Below, in pieces: positions 18,101 to 26,873 of a stretch of 64,000 nucleotides of DNA. Position 1 is the stretch's first letter. Every line of letters starts with the position of its first letter. The DNA is from an uncultured delta proteobacterium. GTDB taxonomy: Bacteria; Desulfobacterota; Binatia; Binatales; Binataceae. Position numbers and translations under genes: made by a program. The notes under the pieces are model-generated. The model saw nothing but the letters and a program-made list of their open reading frames with translations, made no database searches and was not told where the DNA came from. The stretch lies in assembly GCA_963711565.1 (NCBI GenBank), contig CAVQEQ010000004.1:128001-192000 (forward strand), written 5' to 3'.

Positions 18101-19935
18101 GTGGTCGCGGTCGCGGTGGCTGTCTTAGTCGGTGTCGCGGTCGCGGTCTTCGTTGGGGTCGGTGTGGCGCACGCGTTCACGACCAATGTGGCCGTAGACG
18201 ACGTCGCCGTGCCGCTTGTGCCACCAGTGCCAGTGGCAGTTACGGTGAAATGGTAAGTGGCTGCGGGCGTGGTGCCGCACGTCGTGCCTATGGTCAACGT
18301 CGAAGTCCCCGAACCACCGAAGGCGGCACCGGTGACGGGGTTCGTGCCGAAATTCACAGTCGTCCCCGCTGGCTGACCCCCAGTAAAAGTAGTTGAGAGA
18401 GTCGCTTCCTGGCTGCTCACGCTGAACGAAAAGTCGACCGTAACGCCGTAGTTGCCGGTGGTCCCGCCAGCGGTAACGGTCTCTGATGAGCTGCTGAGGG
18501 TGACGCTGGTTACGCTATCGGTGAACCGGTCCTGCGCGGTCAGGCCCGAGGTCTGCCCGGTCGCTGTCATCTGGAACACGACGCCGCCGTCGGTGTCGGT
18601 AATCTCGAAATTATTGTAGTCGGTGAATGCGCCGGTGGAATCGGCAGTGTCGGTGAATTCTTCGGTCTCGTCGTTGGACTGCTGAATCTCGATGAGCACC
18701 GTCTCGCCGGGCGTCCATCCCGCTCCGTAGATAATCACTGGCGAGCCCGGCGAATAGTCGGGCTTGTCGGTGCGAATGGTCTGATATGAAAACGTCTCGG
18801 ACAGAGCCAGCGGGGTGCCGTTGCTGTCCACGCCGCCGCTCACCAGCACCTGCCCGACCGCGGGCAGCGCAAAGAAGTTAGCCGCGAACTCGTCGCGCGC
18901 AACGCTCATCGGCTCGTTGGCGACGAAGGTTCCGGTGACAGGATCGTAGAGTTCGTTCGCAGTGACCGGCGCGCCGTCGCTGGTGCCGCCGGCGATCAAC
19001 ACCTTGCCGTTGTAGGGCAGGGTCAGCCCGATATGCCCGCTGCGCGGCGTGATCATCGGCGCCGTGAGCATCGTGAAAGTAGCAGTCGCAGGGTCGTATG
19101 ATTCGGCGCTGTTCAGGTCGGTGCCGGTCGCATCCTGGCCGCCTTCGATCAACACCGTGCCCTCGATATCAAGCAGCAGCGACGCGGTCGCCAGCGTGCG
19201 CGCTTCGTTGAGGCTGCCAACCTCGGTCACCGCGCCGCTGTCAGGATTGAACAGCTCGGCGCTGGCCAGCGGTCCCGACGCGTTCGAGCCGCCGGCTATC
19301 AGCACCGTCCCGTCGTAGAGCAGCGTGGCGGTATGATCCTGCCGGGCGAACTCCAGCTTGCCGGCAGCCGTAAAGGTTTTGCTGGTAGGGTTGTAAACCT
19401 CGAGGTTGGCGAGCGGTCCCGATGCGTTACTGCCGCCGGCTATCAGCACGCTGCCGTTGAGCAGCAGGGTGGCAGTATGATGGCTGCGCGCCTTGGTCAT
19501 CGCAGGCAGCGCGGTGAATGTATTCTGGGTTGGATCGTAGAGTTCGGCGGCCGACCTGGGCGCGCCGGAACCGTTGAGTCCGCCGGCAAGCAGGACGGTG
19601 TTGTCGTTGAGGACGGTTGCAGTCATACCCGAAGCGGCGGTCGGGAGGCCGGTCGGCAAGGTGGTAAACGAGTTGCTGGTGAGGTTGTAGATTTCGGCGC
19701 TCTTGAGCGTCGCGCCCGACTCGCTGATGCCGCCGGCGATCAGTGCCTCGCCGTTGGGCAGCGTCGCAGCGGCGTGATTCGCGCGCGCCGTGTTGAGGCT
19801 CCCGGAAACCGTCCACTCGCCAGGCGCCTGGGCCGAAATCGGCAGCGCAAGCAGCAGGACGGCGAACAGCGCCTTAAGGACAATAGAGCCAACGCGACCC
19901 GCAAATTTACGGGAACCTGGATCGGCCATTTTCAT
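15136..19935 (-). CDS. Large secreted multidomain surface protein 2 (paralog of 10139-14989)
   Basis: Same domain order; C-terminal ~600 aa almost identical to protein 1; middle domains diverged. Confidence 0.88.
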   Translation of the reverse strand: MKMADPGSRKFAGRVGSIVLKALFAVLLLALPISAQAPGEWTVSGSLNTARANHAAATLPNGEALIAGGISESGATLKSAEIYNLTSNSFTTLPTGLPTAASGMTATVLNDNTVLLAGGLNGSGAPRSAAELYDPTQNTFTALPAMTKARSHHTATLLLNGSVLIAGGSNASGPLANLEVYNPTSKTFTAAGKLEFARQDHTATLLYDGTVLIAGGSNASGPLASAELFNPDSGAVTEVGSLNEARTLATASLLLDIEGTVLIEGGQDATGTDLNSAESYDPATATFTMLTAPMITPRSGHIGLTLPYNGKVLIAGGTSDGAPVTANELYDPVTGTFVANEPMSVARDEFAANFFALPAVGQVLVSGGVDSNGTPLALSETFSYQTIRTDKPDYSPGSPVIIYGAGWTPGETVLIEIQQSNDETEEFTDTADSTGAFTDYNNFEITDTDGGVVFQMTATGQTSGLTAQDRFTDSVTSVTLSSSSETVTAGGTTGNYGVTVDFSFSVSSQEATLSTTFTGGQPAGTTVNFGTNPVTGAAFGGSGTSTLTIGTTCGTTPAATYHFTVTATGTGGTSGTATSSTATLVVNACATPTPTKTATATPTKTATATATTTPTATVTATATPTPTPTTTVLTSGTSWTVPPGVTSVMAECIGAGGNGSTGGAGNHGGGGGAGGDYAQLATLTVTPGNSISFQLGAAGGSPSTTGATWFNATSLTCTAGVCCAAKGGASGTTTAAGAANTTTTDVGSPKFAGGGGGFTATTSRGGGGGGGAAGLNGTGAVGGTPTSSNGGAGGTGDAGSGGAGGAGGNGGPGGAGGDGTEYSTSPAYGSGGGGGGGDESPANPGGAGGTYGAAGGGGGTSAEAGGSGQQGLIVLTYLVGPTPTPTVTATATPTKTATATATVTATATPTVTATATPTVTATATPTVTATATPTVTATATATVTATATPTVTATATPTVTATATATLTATATATVTATATPTVTATATPTVTATETATATETATATPTETIVPTETATETPTATPTATAVPSNTNLALTSGTTPAPYGQPLTFTATVTDDSANPITCGTVTFNAGATPICSDVALGSPTSDQAQCTTSTLTPGSYNMTAVYTPNPTGCLYITSTSNTVGQVVTAELKVTPYGLAFGNSTFANWGTTTTYGYNGVTALNQSAVPVMIDTITALTATTPMSGDACLGGSIPGAACTEDSDCTGGGTCVLNPNFQPVNLYVCSGGSNPGANCLGASDVTSCTDGGTCAVNPAFPTVKLYDCAGGTNPGASCTGTSDVTSCTGGGTCTLVNMYACVEGANPGAACTGPSDETSCTGGGTCELNANFQPCSGQTLAVNGTPGDSCVFTVSFTASAVGSFTGTANVPSGAANAPNTVTLSGAGVAPSITLPPTTAFGSVVVGLTSGTKIATVKNNNAIAVTISSVAVSGNFAIISDGCTGVLAANSSCTETLTFSPTATGAATGTLTFNGNFSNSGGTSSLTGTGTLLAPTFSPSSLAFGAVTVGTTAGPSSITVTNPNTVTMSFTSATVSALSSDYSITADGCSGTMVAPSGTCTVSIDFTPTTTGGRAGQVTFVDQGGSGSQKYALSGSGKAP

Positions 19936-20399
19936 ATATTATCCTTCCCGTTTCCGCTCGAACCGGCAGCGGCGGGTGCGTATAAACTCGCGAAAAACGT
20001 TGAAATATCCCCCTCGCGCCCCCGTGGCGACAGCCCCCGGCGCCGCGAAACGAGGCTGTGTTTAGCACAAAACGCCTACCTTGAGCAAACAGTACGCAAG
20101 ATAGGTCAATAGAGTGTTCTGAAAACCATCAAAAATTGAAGATTCGCCCTGTCCGGCCCCGCCAAGAACAATTAGCAGAGAAACCTTACTTTAAGATTTT
20201 GTCACCGAAAGGCGCGCGCAGAGTTGGAGGCTAGTCCACCCGCCAGGTGAATCGCTCGGGGCGGACGCGCAAAAGGTCCAAGAAGCAATCTGTTAGCCGG
20301 ATGCAAACCGAACGTCATCACTGCCAATCACAGCTTGTTTTCGGACGGGCCGCGATGCTCTCGGCTTGTGCCGGAGATCGGCGACTTCAGAGTGGACGG

Positions 20400-23036
20400 C
20401 TAGCGGCGGTTGCCTTTCCCGCTCAAGTTGACCACCTGCGGACTGTTGGCGGCGTTGTCGACGAGCGGCAGGTCGCCGGTCAGCTTCCCGATAGCGGTAG
20501 GTCTGAAGGCAACGGTGATTGAACAGCTGCCATGTGCGGCCACGCTGGCGCCGCACGAATTGGTCTGCACGAAGTCACCGGTGACCGACATTTCAGTAAA
20601 GCGCACAGTTGCCGCGCTCTTGTTAGTCACTTTCAAGACTTTGGCGCGGCTCATGGTGCCGACTTTCTGAGCAGCGAATTTCAACTTGGCAGGCGAGACT
20701 GACAGTGCACCGGGCGTGGCCGTCGCGGTAGGCGTCGTCGAGGCGGTCGGCGTCGCGGTCACAGTCGCAGTGGCAGTTATGGTCGGCGTCGCAGTCAAGG
20801 TCGGCGTCGCCGTTGCGGTACGAGTCGGCGTTGCTGTGCGAGTTGGCGTTGCGGTACGAGTCGCAGTCGGGGTTGGGGTCGGAGTCGCGGTGGCAGTTGG
20901 CGTTGGCGCCGGCGTCGCGCACGCAGCGGGTGTCGCCGAGGCGGAATCGCCAACGAGAAAGACATGTGCCTGGTACGGCTGAAATACGCCATAGAAAGTC
21001 GTGCTGGTGTTGGGCGCGCACGTCACTCCGGTATCGTAATCGAGGACGGTGGTGGCGGGCTCAGCCAGCGTGAACTCGGCCGCGACGGGCGCCGCGGTGT
21101 AGTTGTAGGAGAACAGGTAGCGGGTGCCGTCGCTGCCGATCTTGGTCTTGGTGAAGACAGTGCCGGCGGCGGAGTTGGCGGTTATCACGGGGGCGTCGGG
21201 ACTGAGCAGCACCGGCTCGAGCGATTTGATCTCGGTGGTCACGTTGATCAGTTCCTGGTAGAGCGCCGCCTTCTCGGCCGCATTTGTGACGTCATAGAGA
21301 GCGCGCACGCCGTAGGACCAATAGAAGAGGCCGGTCGCGCCCTCGACGATCGCCATCCAGCTCATGTCGTGCAGTTGCTGCTGAGTGGGCCACGCGCCCG
21401 CAACGGTCAACTGGAAGAACTGGATGACGGTCCATACCGGGCGCGCGCCGTGTCCAGCCTGGTACGCGGCGCGAGTCCAGTCCGCAACTTCGGCGATGTC
21501 GTTGCCGCTGGCGAGGGCGAGCGGGTAGGGGTCAACCCCGATGACGTCCACGGTGTCCTTCCACAAACCGAGGTCGAGCGGATGGTCAAGCACGGCCAGG
21601 GTGAAGCCCGAGGGGTCGCCGCCTTTGAGGAGCGAATACTGGTTGAAGGTTTCAGGCTGATCAGTGCTCGGCGGCTCGTCCTGAACGTAATACCCAACCA
21701 CGCCGGGGTCGGACGACAACGCGGCGGCATAGTCGGAGGTCAGTTGGTCCTGATCGTCGGTGCCGAACTCGGCGGCGAGGGCGGTCGGGAAGTTCTTGTT
21801 GCCGGTGTAGAAGTCGTTGACCGTCGGCAGAAAGGTCATGCCGAAACTCTTCATCGCAGTGGTGTAGGCGGTAATCGCCGGGGTCGGCGCGTTGGTGAGA
21901 TAGTAGTTGATGATCATGTTGATCGGCGCCTGCGCGATCGCGGTCAGCTCCTTCACGTAGGACGCCGGCGCATACGACCATCCGGTGGTGTCGTAGATAC
22001 CGAGCACGAAGTGCGGGTTGCCGTCGATGAAGTGGGCGAGGTTGGCCGGGTCGATCCAGGCCTTCATGCCCGCGCGCACCGAGGCGTCGAGCTTGACGAC
22101 AGTGTAGGGGGTCTGCGTCATCAGCACGTTGCCGCTGGAATCCTCAAGCTTGCCCTCGACCTGGTAGCTGCCCGACGGCAGCGCGCTCATGTCGAGGGTG
22201 CCGGTGAACTCGGTCGCGGTGGGAGTGAAGGCGTTGCTGGCGACAATATTGCCGCCGGCATCGAGCGCGTCCAATTCGACTTGCAGGGCGCCGAGCGAAG
22301 TTCCGCTCGGCGGCGTGACGGTCAGGTCCATGCTTACGACCTGGCTTTGATCCGAGAACATCAGTCCGCGGTAGTTGGGGTAGAGCAGAAAGGTCTGCAG
22401 TCCCGGCGGTATCTCCTGTTGCACCGACAGGTTGGCGAACCACGCGTTGCCGGTCGGGATGGTGCCGTAGGTCTCAAGGCGGAACGACGCGGTCTTGCCG
22501 GCGGTGACGCTCACATGCTGCCGGGTCGCGCTGGTCCAGTCGGTGGTGCCGTTGACAACCGGCGAATAGTTGTAGTCGTAGAGAAAGAACATTGCGCCGT
22601 CGAGCAGACTCGCGCCGCTGAAATCTTCGGTCTTGATCTGGCCGCTGATCGTGTACTCCTGCCCGCCGGCGACGGCGAGCGTGTTGATTGCGATCGCGGG
22701 TGCTTTAGGATCGCAAGTCCCCGGATTGGTCAATTCGAGGCTGGCGCCGCCGTTGGGAGCCGGCGTAGTTGGGTCGAGGCCGAAGCAGGTGCTCGGAAAT
22801 GACCAACCGGTGGTGCCCAGCGAAAAGTCGCCGTTCACGAGCAGGTTGGAACTCAACGACCAGCCGGTTACCGGTGCGGTCAAGCCGCCGTCAACGAGAG
22901 TCTGGGCGAAGCCGGGAGATATTAGGACGAGTGACAGAGTATATAGTAGTATTACTAAGACGCCACATCTAGCTAATGATGTAGTAGCTATTGATGTAAT
23001 AGCTAATGATGTACAGTAGCGACGCCGATGCGACAT
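20400..23036 (-). CDS. Secreted glycoside-hydrolase-like protein: CBM-like beta sandwich + TIM barrel + Thr/Pro linker + C-terminal ASH domain
   Basis: Signal peptide, NLLVNGDF start of CBM-like domain, [41 protein letters not shown] linker, C-terminal ASH. Confidence 0.7.
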   Translation of the reverse strand: MSHRRRYCTSLAITSIATTSLARCGVLVILLYTLSLVLISPGFAQTLVDGGLTAPVTGWSLSSNLLVNGDFSLGTTGWSFPSTCFGLDPTTPAPNGGASLELTNPGTCDPKAPAIAINTLAVAGGQEYTISGQIKTEDFSGASLLDGAMFFLYDYNYSPVVNGTTDWTSATRQHVSVTAGKTASFRLETYGTIPTGNAWFANLSVQQEIPPGLQTFLLYPNYRGLMFSDQSQVVSMDLTVTPPSGTSLGALQVELDALDAGGNIVASNAFTPTATEFTGTLDMSALPSGSYQVEGKLEDSSGNVLMTQTPYTVVKLDASVRAGMKAWIDPANLAHFIDGNPHFVLGIYDTTGWSYAPASYVKELTAIAQAPINMIINYYLTNAPTPAITAYTTAMKSFGMTFLPTVNDFYTGNKNFPTALAAEFGTDDQDQLTSDYAAALSSDPGVVGYYVQDEPPSTDQPETFNQYSLLKGGDPSGFTLAVLDHPLDLGLWKDTVDVIGVDPYPLALASGNDIAEVADWTRAAYQAGHGARPVWTVIQFFQLTVAGAWPTQQQLHDMSWMAIVEGATGLFYWSYGVRALYDVTNAAEKAALYQELINVTTEIKSLEPVLLSPDAPVITANSAAGTVFTKTKIGSDGTRYLFSYNYTAAPVAAEFTLAEPATTVLDYDTGVTCAPNTSTTFYGVFQPYQAHVFLVGDSASATPAACATPAPTPTATATPTPTPTATRTATPTRTATPTRTATATPTLTATPTITATATVTATPTASTTPTATATPGALSVSPAKLKFAAQKVGTMSRAKVLKVTNKSAATVRFTEMSVTGDFVQTNSCGASVAAHGSCSITVAFRPTAIGKLTGDLPLVDNAANSPQVVNLSGKGNRR
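22970..23014. repeat. 3 x 15-bp AT-rich tandem repeat
   Basis: tagctaatgatgtag / tagctattgatgtaa / tagctaatgatgtac. Confidence 0.85.
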
Positions 23037-23164
23037 GAACGTTGCCCCCGTTTGAGTCGATGCGGATGGTGCAATCGCCCAAGGAGCAACTTCTCTGCCG
23101 CTGCATGTGGGTCATCGGTCGATACTCACTGATGTCCCAAGGTGAAACGTTCTGTCGCGTGACC

Positions 23165-23179
23165 AGGCACGATCTTCGC
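23165..23179 (+). promoter_or_regulatory. Possible sigma54 -24/-12 promoter
   Basis: aGGCACG-atct-TcGC with correct GG/GC spacing, ~190 nt upstream of the GT2 operon; two mismatches to consensus. Confidence 0.25.
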
Positions 23180-23284
23180 GCCGATGATTCGCGATGACAC
23201 TTCGGGTCGCAAACTTGAGATAATCTGCGACGCGGAATTGGCGGGGCTGTCCGAAACCGGGCAGCCTCGAACTGGCTCACGCGC

Positions 23285-23341
23285 CAGTTACGTGGCATAG
23301 TGGCGACCGCAATTTACTGCGCATCCAGGTAGCGGAGAGAA
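23285..23341 (+). promoter_or_regulatory. Conserved leader motif, copy 1
   Basis: CAGtTACgTGGCATAGTgGCG-ACCGcAaTTT...GTAGCGGAGAGAA, shared with 26812-26862. Confidence 0.6.
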
Positions 23342-23371
23342 TCTGTGTTGGGAAGGGATAAAGGTTAACGC

Positions 23372-24385
23372 TTGAGTTCGGCAACGCCTTCGAGCACTTC
23401 GTCCGCACCACCGCTGCATGTCGTAGTTCTCATGCCTCTTCGCGATGACTGGGCCTCCGCCGCGGAACTAATCCGTCGTCTCGATCGAACCGTCGCTTCG
23501 TATCCGTGCACGCTTGATGTCTTGCTGGTCGATGATGCGTCACTTCAAGTCTGCAATGGCGCAGACTTTCAATCGCAGCTCGCCGCGGTGCGAACCATCA
23601 GGACGCTGCGGCTGCGCCGCAATCTTGGCCATCAGCGCGCGATCGCCATCGGCCTGGTCCATGTCCAGCAGAACATGACCTGCGATGCAGTCCTCGTGAT
23701 GGATGCCGACGGCGAGGATACGGCTGACGGCGCCCTGCAGCTCATCCGCGCTTTCTCTGACATCAACCGCAATCATGATGCGGGTGCGATCTTCGCGGAG
23801 CGGAGCCGCAGGACGGAGTCTTTGGTTTTTCGGTCCTTCTATCAGATTTACAAGATCGTGCATCGCCTCTTAACCGGGGTCAGGGTACGAGTGGGAAATT
23901 TCAGCATTCTGCCGTCGAGCTACCTCGCCACGCTCGTTGTCATGTCCGAGATGTGGAATCACTATGCGGCGGCGTTCTTTCGTTCGGGACTTCCGTTCAC
24001 GACGATTCCTATTCCGCGCGGACACAGGATCGCCGGAAGGTCCAGGATGAACTTCGTCACACTGGCCGCGCACGGCATAAGTGCGATTTCAGTATTCGGC
24101 GACGTGGTCGGCGTGCGGCTGCTGATTGCGTCGATGGCCGGGTCACTGCTGGCCCTGCTCGGCATCGTTGCGGTTTTTATCGTCCGGTTCTTCACCGATA
24201 TGGCGATCCCGGGTTGGGCTACTTACGCTTCGGGCGCGTTGGCCATCATCCTGGTGCAGTTCATCACCATGGCGATCAGTTTCACTTTCATCATGCTTTC
24301 GAACCGGACCAACCTGAGCTTTGTGCCGCTCCGTGACCATTCACTGTTTGTGGCCGGGGTTGAAATCATCTACCGCAATGACTGA
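23372..24385 (+). CDS. GT2 polyprenyl-phosphate glycosyltransferase (GtrB/DPM-like)
   Basis: VLLVDDAS, LRRNLGHQRAIAIG, VMDADGED, R.AGRSRM, two C-terminal TM helices. Confidence 0.88.
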   Translation: MSSATPSSTSSAPPLHVVVLMPLRDDWASAAELIRRLDRTVASYPCTLDVLLVDDASLQVCNGADFQSQLAAVRTIRTLRLRRNLGHQRAIAIGLVHVQQNMTCDAVLVMDADGEDTADGALQLIRAFSDINRNHDAGAIFAERSRRTESLVFRSFYQIYKIVHRLLTGVRVRVGNFSILPSSYLATLVVMSEMWNHYAAAFFRSGLPFTTIPIPRGHRIAGRSRMNFVTLAAHGISAISVFGDVVGVRLLIASMAGSLLALLGIVAVFIVRFFTDMAIPGWATYASGALAIILVQFITMAISFTFIMLSNRTNLSFVPLRDHSLFVAGVEIIYRND

Positions 24386-25091
24386 TTTCAGCTATGTCGG
24401 AACGGAACTGGAACTTTTCGCAACCGCGCACAACTGGAAGTCTTACCTGTCAGACCGCATCCGGCCATTCATCGCCGGCGACGTCCTCGAAGTCGGCGCC
24501 GGCATCGGCGCCAATACGCGCTACCTCGATCGAGGCGGGAATCCCCGGTGGGTCTGTCTCGAGCCCGATCAATCAATCGCGGCCAGGTTGCGCGTGAACC
24601 TGGAGCAAACCAACGCATCGCGCGGTTACGAGGTCGTGTGCGGACCGCTGCAATGCCTGAAGGCGAGTCCACGCTTCGACACCATTATCTATATCGACGT
24701 TCTCGAGCATATCGAGCACGATCGCGAGGAGTTGGAGGCCGCGGCGATCCTGCTCAAAGCCGGAGGCCGGCTGATAGTCCTGTCGCCCGCTCATCAGTAC
24801 CTCTTCAGTCCCTTCGATGCCGCCATCGGACATTGCCGACGCTATGACCGACGAACGCTACGAACCATCTCACCCGCCGGCCTGCGTCTCGAGCAATTAT
24901 GGTATCTGGATTCGGTTGGTCTTTTGCTCTCGTTCGCCAACCGACAATTTCTGCGGCAATCGATGCCGACCAAAGCGCAGATTCGGTTTTGGGACCAATA
25001 CATAGTTCCGGCCTCGAGAGTCCTTGACCGATGCTCTTTTGGCTCGCTGGGAAAGTCGATCGTGGGAATTTGGCGCCGGGAGGCAGGATGA
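24378..25091 (+). CDS. Class I SAM-dependent methyltransferase
   Basis: VLEVGAGIG, FDTIIYIDVLEHIEHD, PAH..L.S.FD.AIGH.RRY; ATG overlaps the upstream stop. Confidence 0.88.
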   Translation: MTDFSYVGTELELFATAHNWKSYLSDRIRPFIAGDVLEVGAGIGANTRYLDRGGNPRWVCLEPDQSIAARLRVNLEQTNASRGYEVVCGPLQCLKASPRFDTIIYIDVLEHIEHDREELEAAAILLKAGGRLIVLSPAHQYLFSPFDAAIGHCRRYDRRTLRTISPAGLRLEQLWYLDSVGLLLSFANRQFLRQSMPTKAQIRFWDQYIVPASRVLDRCSFGSLGKSIVGIWRREAG

Positions 25092-25092
25092 G

Positions 25093-26733
25093 GTGAGAAC
25101 GACTCTTTCCCGAATAGCTGACACCGACCTCGAGCCTCGCGCAGCCAATACTGTCCTTGTCGTGATTCTGGCGGGGGTAGGCTTCATCTCGATTCTGAGC
25201 GCATATGAAAAGCCGTTTTGGTTCGACGAGATACTGACGGTCATCATGTGCCGCATCCCGAGCGTCTCGAAGCTATGGCAGGCTCTCAACAATGCGGCAG
25301 ATACCAATCCTCCGCTCTTCTATTTGATCGCCGGCTGGGCGCATCGGCTAATCCCGGGCGATCACGTGGCGTATCGGTTCCCCTCCATCCTGGGATTGCT
25401 GGCAGCAATCTTCTGCACCTACCTCATCCTTTGCAGAAGAATTGATCGCTTGTCAGCAATCGTAGGCGCGGCATTTCTTCTATGCACCCCGCTGGTGTCT
25501 TACGCAGTCGAAGCACGGCCGTATGCTTTGGTGGCAGGTTTCGTCTCAATCGCGATTCTGGCCTGGCAGCGCACCGACGAATCAAAGCTCTACTCGATCC
25601 TGATGGGTGTCGCACTGGCGATTGCACTTTCTCTGCACTACTACGCAATTTTCGTTTGGCCGGCATTCGCGCTGGCCGAAGCAACGGTGTGGTTACACGG
25701 GCGGCGTTTCCGGATTGGCACGTGGATAGCGCTAGTCTTAGGCACTGCGCCACTATTTATCTTCGCACCGCTATTAATACACCTGCGCCGGTACTACGGA
25801 CGGAACTTCTGGTCACGCCCCAGTTTCGGCCAGATCTTTTCCGCGCCGAGCGCGCTGTACAACTTCCTGGATTACTGGGTCTGGTGTTTCACGATTGGAG
25901 TGATTGCAGTTCTCGTACTTTGGAGCTTGCGCAAATCGGTGAAAGGTTATTTATCGGAGCCACGAGAAGCAGGCGAACCTGCGCTGCCGATCGAAGAATC
26001 AGCACTGATAGCCGTGCTCCTGTTGCTGCCGGTGTTCGCCGTTCTCGCGGCCAAAGTCAGCGGCGCAGGGATGGCGTTCCGATACATGCTGCCGACGGTC
26101 CTCGGTGCTTCCCTGGCGGTTGGATTTTTGACGAACAGAGCGTCCCGCGCAGTCAGGGTAGTCGTGCTGATACTTGTTCTCGCGAACTACGGATTGTCGT
26201 CGCTCCCGGTGATGAAGAAAGCCCTGACTGGATCGCTACTCGCAAGGCGAGTTGCGGCTGCACGTCAGGGCAGCGCGATTCTCGCCGAGTATCAGAAGTT
26301 CGGACTGCCGATTGTCATCGGTCGTGGAAGTAACTATTTGCCCATGATCTACTACATGCCGGCCGGACAAACCGCCAGCCTGTATGCGCTGGCAGACCCT
26401 CACGCGGCAGCCAGGTATCTTGGTTCCGACTCCGCGGATCTTGCTCTCCTCGCCTTGCGGCCGTACTTCCCGCTTCAAGTCGAGGACTACCATAGTTTTG
26501 CTTCAAAGAACCGGGAGTTCATCCTGGTCTCGCTGCACGCGCAACGTCCCGACTGGTGGCCTTTCCGGCTTTCGCATGATGGTGACACTTTGACCGTCGT
26601 TTCAGCGGACAAGGGGAGGCAGGTTTACAAAGTGACCCTGAACTCGCAGCAAGTTCCCGATAGCGAAGGACCTGCGGGCACGGAAGGGGCCGATACCGAC
26701 AGCCAGGAACCGGCCGGCGAAACAGACCATTGA
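25093..26733 (+). CDS. GT-C fold membrane glycosyltransferase (GT39/ArnT-like)
   Basis: PFWFDE, D.NPPLFY, YRFPS, YAVEARPYAL, LHYY motifs and many TM helices; likely GTG start. Confidence 0.82.
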   Translation: MRTTLSRIADTDLEPRAANTVLVVILAGVGFISILSAYEKPFWFDEILTVIMCRIPSVSKLWQALNNAADTNPPLFYLIAGWAHRLIPGDHVAYRFPSILGLLAAIFCTYLILCRRIDRLSAIVGAAFLLCTPLVSYAVEARPYALVAGFVSIAILAWQRTDESKLYSILMGVALAIALSLHYYAIFVWPAFALAEATVWLHGRRFRIGTWIALVLGTAPLFIFAPLLIHLRRYYGRNFWSRPSFGQIFSAPSALYNFLDYWVWCFTIGVIAVLVLWSLRKSVKGYLSEPREAGEPALPIEESALIAVLLLLPVFAVLAAKVSGAGMAFRYMLPTVLGASLAVGFLTNRASRAVRVVVLILVLANYGLSSLPVMKKALTGSLLARRVAAARQGSAILAEYQKFGLPIVIGRGSNYLPMIYYMPAGQTASLYALADPHAAARYLGSDSADLALLALRPYFPLQVEDYHSFASKNREFILVSLHAQRPDWWPFRLSHDGDTLTVVSADKGRQVYKVTLNSQQVPDSEGPAGTEGADTDSQEPAGETDH

Positions 26734-26811
26734 GTTCAAGATTTGGTCCTGACAGCACCGAACTCGATCAGTTTGGTTGCCGGCTTTCAAGGCCGCGCTA
26801 TGCCCCGACGG

Positions 26812-26862
26812 CAGATACATGGCATAGTTGCGGACCGTAGTTTTGATATGTAGCGGAGAGAA
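26812..26862 (+). promoter_or_regulatory. Conserved leader motif, copy 2
   Basis: CAGaTACaTGGCATAGTtGCGgACCGtAgTTT...GTAGCGGAGAGAA directly upstream of wzx. Confidence 0.6.
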
Positions 26863-26873
26863 ATATCGCCACA

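Larger units (their letters stand above)
10082..20013 (-). repeat. Tandem ~5-kb duplication (units ~10082-15067 and ~15082-20013) including 5' leader, CDS and terminator
   Basis: Offset of 4997 nt in the 3' halves; both units share the terminator, the gattcgatacgagga spacer and ~75 nt of leader beginning ttatccttcccgtttccgctc. Confidence 0.92.

Noticed and set aside
11811-18256. Plus-strand ORFs rich in VAVAVTVG or PPAPP (e.g. 11811-12278, 12363-12677, 12831-13250, 16808-17308, 17510-17857)
   Set aside because: Antisense shadows of the Thr-Ala linkers and Gly-rich domains of the minus-strand giant genes
10139-19935. Diversity-generating retroelement or invertase shufflon as the cause of paralog variation
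   Set aside because: No reverse transcriptase or recombinase in the window, differences are not adenine-specific, and no inverted recombination sites were seen
20964-22802. 612-aa plus-strand ORF
   Set aside because: Antisense to the GH-like gene, which has a signal peptide and two paralogs in the window
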